Source: Candidatus Krumholzibacteriia bacterium (lineage in GTDB: Bacteria > Krumholzibacteriota > Krumholzibacteriia > WVZY01). From it: DNA of 17,565 nucleotides. The translations under genes were made by a program, and so were the position numbers. This document shows, piece by piece, positions 9,801 to 16,569 of the stretch; position 1 is the stretch's first letter, and the number at the start of each line of letters is the position of its first letter. The stretch spans positions 1-17,565 of the forward strand of contig JAZGDW010000295.1 in assembly GCA_036478295.1 (NCBI GenBank), written 5' to 3'. Under the pieces are notes generated by a model. That model saw only the letters and a list, made by a program, of their open reading frames with translations, ran no database searches and had not been told where the DNA came from.

Positions 9801-10192
9801 TAGAGTTTCGGTGTGACTTTCCAGGTGATAACGAGTCGCTGGAGTGACGCACCACTGAAGTACTGTTCGAGGTGTCGGACTTCGTTCGCGAAGTACGTAG
9901 AGTCGCGGACCTCCACGCGCCGGCTACCGGGCTGACCGCCCATGAGGCTGTCGGCGAACTGGACCTGGATGGCGAGGACCCGCAGTGTGGTCGCCGCGCG
10001 CACGCTTCCCTGCAGGTAGTTGCGTACCGCGGCCCTCTGGTAACGGTTGAGCGCGGCCGTCTTGCCGCCCAGCAGCGGCCTGGAAGGGTACTCCTGCGAG
10101 CGGTAGGTCGGCGCGACGGTTTCCGCGTACGCCGGGAGCACGGCGGTACACGCGAGAAGAGACATTATGACCAGAGAACGGATAAATCGCAC
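6893..10192 (-). CDS. Secreted M6 (immune inhibitor A)-like domain + FG-GAP/VCBS repeats + T9SS type A C-terminal sorting domain; predicted catalytically inactive
   Basis: M6 hallmarks VLAIQVQFAD, YFSGAS, LLHAGPGQE, DFDLMSSG (Met-turn), SAFNRILAGWL, EYFLVVNR, GVYVWHVDE, VDLEEADG; several DxDxDGxxE/D repeats; CTD VYPNPV...IYNLEGE...SGVYLMRL. HExxH is replaced by FVTGS. Confidence 0.85.
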   Translation of the reverse strand: MRFIRSLVIMSLLACTAVLPAYAETVAPTYRSQEYPSRPLLGGKTAALNRYQRAAVRNYLQGSVRAATTLRVLAIQVQFADSLMGGQPGSRRVEVRDSTYFANEVRHLEQYFSGASLQRLVITWKVTPKLYTLPRNMGYYGDEVLQDGRVVEMMESVIDSADADEDFSLYDTVMLLHAGPGQETDVLGNSREQIFSVFMDQDDIDAAFIDSTVAGLQTADSLGGEPFLLDNFMVLPASPNQDGIVVGSLGIWAFVTGSRLGLVPLFDSTPAGFPDSRGVGDFDLMSSGLFIVNGFVPGFPSAFNRILAGWLDPLLVDTDGRFRLRDINTSAALDTACLKIPITESEYFLVVNRVHDTDFDGMFTFSDFDSNRVPDNTDSLGGAEFDFFLTVFTNPPGLTGSGVYVWHVDENVIRTNFESGFLPNDFVSRKGVDLEEADGVPDLDVGGNNRFSFGSHFDSFRAGHNATFGPGTNPSSLANSGARTGITIRDISAADSFMTCTVEFARPYADIRVRWPDVGSFQPPTAFDLDAVGDTEIVVFADSGRVYAFRPDGTEFLDQDLDPATIEPFFSAPGAVWRGAPAFGDIDGGGDDEIVACSEDGTVYAWKGDGTEVVDGDGNAATIGVLYQGAPLAAPPMLVDVAGDARNEIAVVESVGDSIFIGFLDDRGLKVPPTLISPAPLHVQAQYCAPLSYGRVEQVGVPGIVAAWTDTVRGVYGISLFGFGQTVETVTFAPLGALRAAFPPVSAPAVGDLNEDGYDEVVVALPDGRLVIHTLSPRGFGQAWSIGGQLGSPLTTPPLPPRRTEIVTLRSTNPSSPALGDVDGDGALEIAVWDNDYFYLFENNGRLATNWPQPIRQISVGSFPPLRFEARLNSPLIGDVDGDGRMDILFPTREGTIYGYHSDGSPVATFPRVGPASMGATAAVADLDNDGELTLIALGSVPLLETFDSVSDIIISANQMVLSLQTLPGSSALTTSFWFSYHHDGLRRGRVSEPHPLRKANNVVVESSFIVYPNPVRGDELHARIVINQSATIDVGIYNLEGERVLSRSFLANPSGTIQTPFDEVINIARFKSGVYLMRLSVKSSGGTDTFVKTFAILR

Positions 10193-10261
10193 CGATGCTT
10201 CTTTGTTGAGGAAATGAGCGGTCTACGATATCACAGGGGACGGAGAGAGAGCAATAGCAAA

Positions 10262-10320
10262 GGGGAGCTGGTTTCAGTAAGCGCCGCCCCTGATCGGCAT
10301 TTACTTTAACTCAACTCCCC
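10262..10320 (-). terminator. Long imperfect hairpin downstream of the DUF4384 gene (terminator or RNA-processing structure)
   Basis: Minus strand GGGGAGTTG...AGTAA.TGCCG(loop)CGGCG.TTACT...CAGCTCCCC followed by TTTG; two of the pairs are G-U only on the minus strand. Confidence 0.5.
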
Positions 10321-10424
10321 CTTACCTGGTCGGCATTTGTTCCAGCCTGCTTCTCGCGCTCACGGTCAGCGAGCGCTTGCTACCAGCCAACCAAACCCTC
10401 TCAGCAACGATGGGGGTAACACTT

Positions 10425-11663
10425 CTAGCGCTTCCCACGCTTTTTCGCCTTGCCATCGCCCGAACGGGACTTGGCGGCAGCGACCTTACTCGCGCGGGAA
10501 CTTGTCCTCGCTTTCGAACTTGTCTTCACACGCGCACTCTGTTTCTTCAAGCTTCTCTTGTTGAGTGTCCGCACGTGCTTGCTGCTCTTCTCAGTTCTCT
10601 TCGTAGTCACCTTGCGCTCTTTGAGCTGACGACGCATCGCCGTGATCTCACCCTTGCCCTTCACGTATGTGTCCTTGCTCGAGCGTACAACCTTGCGCGA
10701 GGTTTTGCTTCTCGCACCGGACCTCACGGACTTCTCGTGAACGGCGCGCTCCTTGCGCGAGACCCGATTCGCGACCCGTGACTTCGTCTTCACGACGTTT
10801 TTGCCGCGTTGTTTGGCGTCATAACTGTGTATCTCTCTCTTCGCAGCTTTGTAACGCGTTTTGTGTTCGCGCTTGCTATGGTGAGCGATCCTCGTGTACT
10901 CGCCCACTTTGTGCTTGATCCTGTACTGCGGGTGCAGCACTTGATGCGGGGCTCTCGCGTGCAGGTTGTAGTGCCTGTACACGGAGCAGTTCCCCCGGCA
11001 GTACTGGCGGGCACCGTAGTAATCGTGCCAGCCGACGCAGAGGTATCTCGGGTAGCGCACGTACTCCCTGACGTAGAAGCGCGCGTGGCTGATGCCGATG
11101 AGATACCGGTCACACCTTCCAGCGATCAGGCTCAGGTAGAACCTCTTCGACGCCACGTACGGATCACCGTAGATCCGAAAGCCGAAGCCGGGCCCGAAGA
11201 TGTCCACGCCGTAATAGCTGTAATCGAACGGAACCGGGCTCGATACCGCGAAGGCATAGGCGACGCCGCGGTCAAAACCGTGTCCGTAGCCGAAGTCGCT
11301 GAGGTAGATCTTGTAGACACGCCCTCCACGAACGTAGGCGTTATCGTCGACCGAGTACGGGTGCACCACGTGAATGAAGCCCTCGGTGTCGACCACGTAG
11401 ACCGTCGCAAAGCAGCTGCGCGAGGCCCGAAAATACAGAACGATATCGTCGGCCGACGGGTAAACGTCGTACTCGTAGCGGCCTCCATCGTACTCGTCGT
11501 CGTAGTCGCCCTGTCCCTGCCGGTCCAGCCACACCTGAACATCCGCCGGAGACGAGGTGTAGGCGAAGCTGACCCGCACGCCGGCGCTCGCGGGAGCCAC
11601 CAGCATCGGGGACAAAACCAGCATTCCGATGACGAACGTTAATGCGTTAGCTGTCTTTCTCAT
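10425..11663 (-). CDS. Secreted DUF4384-domain protein with Tyr/Cys-rich middle and Lys/Arg-rich C-terminal tail
   Basis: Signal peptide ending ASA; VQVWLDR...Y...IVLYFRASRSCFATVYVVDTEGFIHVVHP resembles DUF4384; GGAGG RBS; ATGA overlap with the upstream gene at 11660-11663. Confidence 0.75.
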   Translation of the reverse strand: MRKTANALTFVIGMLVLSPMLVAPASAGVRVSFAYTSSPADVQVWLDRQGQGDYDDEYDGGRYEYDVYPSADDIVLYFRASRSCFATVYVVDTEGFIHVVHPYSVDDNAYVRGGRVYKIYLSDFGYGHGFDRGVAYAFAVSSPVPFDYSYYGVDIFGPGFGFRIYGDPYVASKRFYLSLIAGRCDRYLIGISHARFYVREYVRYPRYLCVGWHDYYGARQYCRGNCSVYRHYNLHARAPHQVLHPQYRIKHKVGEYTRIAHHSKREHKTRYKAAKREIHSYDAKQRGKNVVKTKSRVANRVSRKERAVHEKSVRSGARSKTSRKVVRSSKDTYVKGKGEITAMRRQLKERKVTTKRTEKSSKHVRTLNKRSLKKQSARVKTSSKARTSSRASKVAAAKSRSGDGKAKKRGKR

Positions 11664-12517
11664 TGCGACGCACCTCCTGTTCCAGGGGCCAGTTCGGGGT
11701 TCCCAGGATCAATCTGGTACGCCCAGTCGAGCGTCACTGAAATTGCTGAAACGGTTACGACGTTTATCTTGGCCATATTGAAGGTGCCGCCCAGAGCGAT
11801 ACGAATGATGTAGCTGTGACCCGGGATGAGCTCGGCCTGACCGATGTTGGACCACCCGGCACTCGGCGCCCAGTCGACATCGATGAGATCGATCAGACCG
11901 TAGTCCTGGATTTGTACGTCGCGGTTAGGATTGGCAATTAGATTGTGCTCACCTGGATTGGGCGAGTCAAAGTACACATCTGTGTCGAAGTCTGTCCAGT
12001 CCTGAGGGGTACCACTCAAAGACGCGAAGTTGTACCCGCTCAGGCTTGGGTTCTGCCCCACTGCACTTAAAATCAGTCCGGTTCCCTCGGGCCGAGGGGT
12101 ATCGAATATGTCTTCGAAACTCAGTTCGCTCTCCAGGCCGGCCTTGTCAAAAGCGGCGACCGCGTAGTAATAGGTGGTGCCATTGACCACTTCGGTATCG
12201 ACGAAGCAGGTCTGATTCGCTCCGACGCTGCCGATGAACTCGAACGCGCCGGTCGGGGCGCTGTTCCAGTAGATGTCGTAGCCCGCGACGTCCGGCTCGG
12301 GGTTCCGGTTCCAGCAGATTGTCACCTGGCCGTCGCCGGTGATGCTAAACACGCCGTCAGGCGCGCTGGGTGGAAAATTCACGATAACCGGATCGTCGTC
12401 GTTGCAACCCCCCGCCACCAAGGTCAGCAAGAAGAGCGCGAGGGCCAGGGCCACCACGTAGGCGACACCCCACTGCCCGCTCATTTGCCGTGTTCTTATG
12501 CGAAATGTCTTTCTCAT
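11660..12517 (-). CDS. Lipoprotein with a fibronectin type III domain
   Basis: Hydrophobic stretch and lipobox-like LVAGG-C; FN3 motifs PPSAPDGV, TGDGQVTICW, DVAGYDIY, NGTTYYYAVAAFD...ES. Start is ATG 12517 or 12484; the track's 12586 start lies upstream of the sigma-54 promoter. Confidence 0.82.
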   Translation of the reverse strand: MRKTFRIRTRQMSGQWGVAYVVALALALFLLTLVAGGCNDDDPVIVNFPPSAPDGVFSITGDGQVTICWNRNPEPDVAGYDIYWNSAPTGAFEFIGSVGANQTCFVDTEVVNGTTYYYAVAAFDKAGLESELSFEDIFDTPRPEGTGLILSAVGQNPSLSGYNFASLSGTPQDWTDFDTDVYFDSPNPGEHNLIANPNRDVQIQDYGLIDLIDVDWAPSAGWSNIGQAELIPGHSYIIRIALGGTFNMAKINVVTVSAISVTLDWAYQIDPGNPELAPGTGGASQ

Positions 12518-12533
12518 CACGCCATTCTCTAGC

Positions 12534-12548
12534 GCAATCTGTGTGCCA
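12534..12548 (-). promoter_or_regulatory. sigma-54 (-24/-12) promoter P1 for the lipoprotein-DUF4384 operon
   Basis: Minus strand TGGCACACAGATTGC is an exact TGGCAC-N5-TTGC match, 16 nt upstream of ATG 12517, with an AT-rich patch at 12586-12615. Confidence 0.85.
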
Positions 12549-12829
12549 GACGCTAGGCGTTGGGCGGCAGTCGCCGGGGAAGGCAAGTTAATCTATTATT
12601 CAACAATTGGTTATGAAACAGGACTGGGCGCGAAAACGGGTCTCTTGGGGGTGGCTTGGCCCTGAAAAACAGCCCCCGGAGCGTGTAACAGGGACGACAA
12701 CTGTCCTACAAAGAGGACGTTTTTGGCAGGCAGGAGCAGGCGACGCGGAGCCTGGCGAGGGCGGCAGATCCTTAGTACAAGAACCTGGAGGGTCGATGGC
12801 ATTACGGAACAGCCGCCGGACGGTGCGCG

Positions 12830-12935
12830 GTTGGGTTGTTGACGGAACCGTCGCGGGAACAAGTCAGGGGGCGCCTGTTGGGTTGTTGACGGAGCCGTCG
12901 CGGGAGCGAGCGAGGATCATCCGCCGGAGGCGGAT
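12830..12935. repeat. REP-like cluster: two ~31-nt direct repeats plus a GC hairpin
   Basis: GTTGGGTTGTTGACGGA(A/G)CCGTCGCGGGA(A/G)C at 12830-12860 and 12877-12907 (2 mismatches), each containing a GACGG-NN-CCGTC palindrome; ATCCGCC-GGA-GGCGGAT at 12919-12935. Confidence 0.75.
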
Positions 12936-12964
12936 AGCCGAGCGAAGTGGAGCGCGGTGTGGGC

Positions 12965-13234
12965 ATAATAAAGAAACTGACGTTCACATCTCCTTTTGGA
13001 GTTAAAGTCGAGACCCCACCTCTCGAAATTAACGTTACTCCGCAAAGCCAGCAGCTATGCTTTGGAGATTATGTGAACGCCAGCTTCTCTTGACCTTTCG
13101 GTCACAATGCTGGAGGAGAAAAGTAGCTCGTCTTTTCCCCGCTCCGAGTCCAGGATTGGATTCTTGGGGAACAATCCCCAAGAATCCGTTCCCCCACCGA
13201 ATGGAAGTTCCTTACGCACGGGACAACTTCCGAA
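12965..13234 (-). ncRNA. Candidate sigma-54-dependent structured non-coding RNA
   Basis: Starts at the predicted +1 of promoter P2; five consecutive stem-loops (13203-13231, 13158-13187, 13110-13153, 13091-13104 with a GAAA loop, 12970-13090); G-U pairing favours the minus strand; no credible ORF. Confidence 0.55.
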
Positions 13235-13245
13235 GCATTTACGTG

Positions 13246-13260
13246 GCAATCGGCGTGCCA
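13246..13260 (-). promoter_or_regulatory. sigma-54 (-24/-12) promoter P2
   Basis: Minus strand TGGCACGCCGATTGC is an exact TGGCAC-N5-TTGC match, about 200 nt downstream of the enhancer-binding protein stop codon. Confidence 0.82.
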
Positions 13261-13307
13261 GTAGTTGTCACCAACGCCAAAATCGTTGACGCTCTTATCA
13301 GACAATA

Positions 13308-13320
13308 TAACAATAAGTTA
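13308..13320. promoter_or_regulatory. IHF-like site upstream of P2
   Basis: TAACAATAAGTTA matches WATCAANNNNTTR with 1 mismatch, in an AT-rich patch about 50 bp upstream of the -24 box, where IHF typically binds sigma-54 promoters. Confidence 0.45.
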
Positions 13321-13446
13321 GGAGGGATAACGCCGCTGTCATTGCAATCGCTTTTGGGGCGTTTTCAGGCGAAGTTAAGAAGATTTTACAGAACGACACC
13401 ACGGCGTCGATGCAATCCACAGTGAGTGCATGAGTTAAGAGGGAGA

Positions 13447-13468
13447 AAAAGTTTTTATAAAAACTTTT
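13447..13468. promoter_or_regulatory. Perfect 22-bp AT-rich palindrome at the stop of the enhancer-binding protein gene
   Basis: AAAAGTTTTTATAAAAACTTTT is its own reverse complement; function unknown. Confidence 0.45.
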
Positions 13469-16400
13469 AATAACAGCGGAGGTTGAAACGTTTGATCTTG
13501 GAAAGGATATTGGGGTAGCTGATACCCAGGGCGGTCGCCGCCTGGGATTTGTTCCAGCCGCTTCTTTCTAGTGCTGCCTGGATTTCTGTTTTCTCCAACC
13601 GATCGATCTGGTCGCGGAGGGTAACGTTCTTGCGCGCGCCGCGCTTTGCCGCCGGTGATACGATCTCGGACGGCAAGTGGCGCACATCGAGAGTTTCGCC
13701 ATCATCCGCCAGGATGACGGCGCGCTTGACGACCTTGTCCAACTCGCGAACGTTGCCCGCCCAATGAAAGTCCCTCAGCATGTCGAGCGCCTCGTCCGTG
13801 ATGTCGGTGATGTCCTTCCCCATCTCGCACGAGTATTTCCTTAAGTAGTGAAAGAACAGCAGCTCAATGTCCTCCCGCCGCTTGCGAAGCGGGGGAACGG
13901 TCAGTGGAAAATCATTGATGCGGTAGAAAAAATCTTCAAGGAAACGTCCCTCGTGGCACAGGGACAGCAGGTCCGCCTTGGACGCGCAGATGACCCGCAC
14001 GTCGACCGGCCTCATCTCATTGGAGCCGACCTTTCTGATCTTACTCGTATCCAGGAACTGCAGCAGCTTCCCCTGCATCGCGAGCGTGGTCTTGCCGATC
14101 TCATCGAGAAAAATGGTCCCGCCGTCCGCCTGGTTCAGCAACCCGCTCTTGTCCACCGTCGCCCCGGTGAAGGAGCCTTTGGCATGACCAAAGAGCTCGG
14201 ATTCGAGGAGTGACTCCGGCATGGCCGCGCAGTTGATGTGCACGAAAGGCTTGTCCCGCCTCTCGCTCAGGAGATGGACGGCGTACGCGATGAGTCCCTT
14301 GCCCGTACCCGTCTCTCCCTGCAGGAGCACAGTCGCGTTGGAGTGCGCCACTCGCTCCGCGAGGTTGAGTAGTTTGATCATCTCAATGTTGTTGGTAACG
14401 ATGCTGTCGAAGCCGCTTGCCGAGGGCCTGGCCTTCGGTTCCCGGCGCCTCTCGTTGCGCGCCAGCTCGTATACCGAGAGCGAGATAAGACGAGAATACG
14501 CCCCTACGAAGTGCAGGACCTCCTGGCCAATCGGAACGCGATGAGGACCGGGCTCCTGATTCATGAACACCACGCCGAGGGCATCGTTTTCAAAACCGAG
14601 TTCCTGAAACAACAACTTGCCCAGCTGGATATCCAGCTGCTCGCCGTCTCCGTTCAGACCGGTGTCGTCTGCATCCCGGATCATGAGACCCTGATCCGGC
14701 GCCGTGCCAGCCTCGGACAAGTACCACGACAGAATGGCCTTCGCTTCGCGCGCACGGAGGTTTTCGCGGCACACCACTTCAAACCCCTTGCTGCGACCCT
14801 TGGGGATAGCAACGAACCCGTTCTGCGCATTCGCCTTTTCCAAAATGAGCTTCAGCGACGAACTGAGACCCGCGACCAGTTTGTCGCGCGAGCGCAGACC
14901 GCTCTGGGCATTGCCGAACATGGGAATCTGGTCCAGGACGCGGCGCGTATCGCGCGTCATCTTCGATTCGACCCGCGCCCGCATGGCCGCCAGCAGTTTC
15001 TGAAACTTTGCGTTCCGCTCCTCCTCGGCCAGCCGCCCCGCCTCATAGATGGCAAGGAGCGCATCGTCCAGATTGCCGAGGCGTTCTTCGACGACCGCCA
15101 ACAGAACCTGTGACATCATTTGCTCGCTGAATTCCTCGATCTTGCCGAAACCGACGATGCTTTCGGTCAGCAATTGCTTGGCCCTGATCAGCGTTTCCTG
15201 GTCGCGGCTCCTAAGATGGAAGCGCCCCAACCGCCTCTGTGAACTAAATTTCTCGAATTCGATACCGTACTGCTCGAACATGTCAACACTGGTCTTCAGA
15301 CTGACCGCCGCCACTTCAAACTCCCCCCTGCGCCGCTGGCACAGTCCGCGCGTCCGGTAGAAATAACCCAACTCGTAGAACTCTCCACAGGCGTTGGCAA
15401 TCTCGAGGCCTTCGTCGACGAAGGACAGCGCCTTGTCGACGTTTCCCTGCAGGAGGTGGGCATCGGCCACCCGCCGCAGTATCTCCGCCGTCACGTCGCC
15501 TTCCGGCGCTATACGGCGGGCCCGGCGAAGCCCGTTGTTCAGGTTGACCAGGGCCTCCTCAGGCTTGCCCAGCGCCAACATTAGCTCGCCGAGATACTCG
15601 TCGGCCAGGGCGGCCTCACGTTCGTACCCCAACTCGTTGGCCATGGCCTGACCCCGCAGGATGTTCTTCTCGGCCTTGCAGAAATCCCCGCAGGCGATGT
15701 GGGTCCGGCCCTGCATGAGCACGGCCTTGGCGAGCTTTGCCTGGTCGCCGAAGCGCTCGGCCATGTTGCCAGCGGTTGCGAAACACGTTAGCGCCTCGCT
15801 GAAACGCCTCAGCTTCGCGTAAACCACGCCGAGGTTGAGCTGGACCCGAATGAGGTGTTGCGTGTGGCCCAGTGATTTGGCCAGGTCGAGTGACTTCGAC
15901 AGCGAGGCCAGCGCACGATTCCAACGGCAAGCGTTCTTATGAAGCAGTCCGAGGTTGTTATAGACAATGGCGATCCCCAGCCGGTCTTCGATCCGGCGGT
16001 AGGTGGACAGCGCGTCCATGAAGAAGTCTTCGGCCTCACTGGCCAAACCGATACGATGGTAGCAGTTGGCGAGGAGCTTCTGGATATCTCCGACTTCCCT
16101 GTGCTCGGTCGAGTGTTTCAGCCTGCGGTAGGCGCTGAACCCGAGCTTCAACGCGTCGTTGTAGCTTCCCCTGGCGAGCAGGCTCTCCGCTTCCCTCAGC
16201 TCAATCTTGCCCAGGGCCTCGGCCGGCGCAGGATCGTCGAGCAGCACCCGGGCACGGTCGAGAAACTTCTGCGCCTGTTTGTAGTTACCCTTGCTGCGGT
16301 AACAGTCGCCTATGTGGAGAAGAATTCTGTAGCGATCTGGGGTATCGTTTAGATCAGGAGACTGCAGCGCCTCCTGGAAGTACTCGATGGCGGTCGAGTA

Positions 16401-16517
16401 GTTCTCCGTAGCGAGATGCATCAGACCGACCTCTTCGCTGGGAGCGTAGATCGATTCTGTGCTTCGCTTCTTGCGGTTGTGCTGGAGCCTATCGCGATCG
16501 TCCCGTGCGTTAGACAT
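13467..16517 (-). CDS. sigma-54 enhancer-binding protein: TPR array, GAF-like region, AAA+ domain, Fis-type HTH
   Basis: About 500 aa of TPR-like repeats (e.g. AIVYNNLGLLHKNACRWNRALASLSKSL); Walker A GETGTGK, INCAA, ESELFGHAKGSFTGA (GAFTGA variant), Walker B FLDEIG, FLEDFFYRIN, WAGNVREL, C-terminal WNKSQAATALGIS. No receiver domain. Confidence 0.95.
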   Translation of the reverse strand: MSNARDDRDRLQHNRKKRSTESIYAPSEEVGLMHLATENYSTAIEYFQEALQSPDLNDTPDRYRILLHIGDCYRSKGNYKQAQKFLDRARVLLDDPAPAEALGKIELREAESLLARGSYNDALKLGFSAYRRLKHSTEHREVGDIQKLLANCYHRIGLASEAEDFFMDALSTYRRIEDRLGIAIVYNNLGLLHKNACRWNRALASLSKSLDLAKSLGHTQHLIRVQLNLGVVYAKLRRFSEALTCFATAGNMAERFGDQAKLAKAVLMQGRTHIACGDFCKAEKNILRGQAMANELGYEREAALADEYLGELMLALGKPEEALVNLNNGLRRARRIAPEGDVTAEILRRVADAHLLQGNVDKALSFVDEGLEIANACGEFYELGYFYRTRGLCQRRRGEFEVAAVSLKTSVDMFEQYGIEFEKFSSQRRLGRFHLRSRDQETLIRAKQLLTESIVGFGKIEEFSEQMMSQVLLAVVEERLGNLDDALLAIYEAGRLAEEERNAKFQKLLAAMRARVESKMTRDTRRVLDQIPMFGNAQSGLRSRDKLVAGLSSSLKLILEKANAQNGFVAIPKGRSKGFEVVCRENLRAREAKAILSWYLSEAGTAPDQGLMIRDADDTGLNGDGEQLDIQLGKLLFQELGFENDALGVVFMNQEPGPHRVPIGQEVLHFVGAYSRLISLSVYELARNERRREPKARPSASGFDSIVTNNIEMIKLLNLAERVAHSNATVLLQGETGTGKGLIAYAVHLLSERRDKPFVHINCAAMPESLLESELFGHAKGSFTGATVDKSGLLNQADGGTIFLDEIGKTTLAMQGKLLQFLDTSKIRKVGSNEMRPVDVRVICASKADLLSLCHEGRFLEDFFYRINDFPLTVPPLRKRREDIELLFFHYLRKYSCEMGKDITDITDEALDMLRDFHWAGNVRELDKVVKRAVILADDGETLDVRHLPSEIVSPAAKRGARKNVTLRDQIDRLEKTEIQAALERSGWNKSQAATALGISYPNILSKIKRFNLRCY

Positions 16518-16569
16518 ATCGTCGAGCCCTCAATCTGGTTTGCTCAGCAACAAGAACGAATTTCTGAGA

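Noticed and set aside
12518..12586. N-terminal extension of the lipoprotein given in the ORF track
   Set aside because: It spans the sigma-54 promoter and would place the signal peptide too far from the N-terminus.
12830..12907. CRISPR array
   Set aside because: Only two repeat copies, a 16-nt spacer and no cas genes in the window.
12891..12915. Group II intron domain V (GAGCCG...GCGGGA)
   Set aside because: The complementary 3' arm (CGGTTC) and domain VI are missing, and no reverse transcriptase ORF is present.
12802..12987. 61-aa minus-strand ORF behind AAGGAG as the product of P2
   Set aside because: The SD is only 2 nt from the GTG, the ORF runs through the tandem repeats in different frames, and the sequence is not protein-like.
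13040..13060. c-di-GMP-I (GEMM) riboswitch suggested by CGCAAAGCC on the plus strand
   Set aside because: The upstream GGCAAAC...GAAA stem is absent, no plus-strand gene follows, and G-U bias favours the minus strand.
13055..13425. Short ORFs on both strands (60-122 aa) in the structured region
   Set aside because: They overlap the promoter and hairpins, lack good RBSs and show no recognisable motifs.
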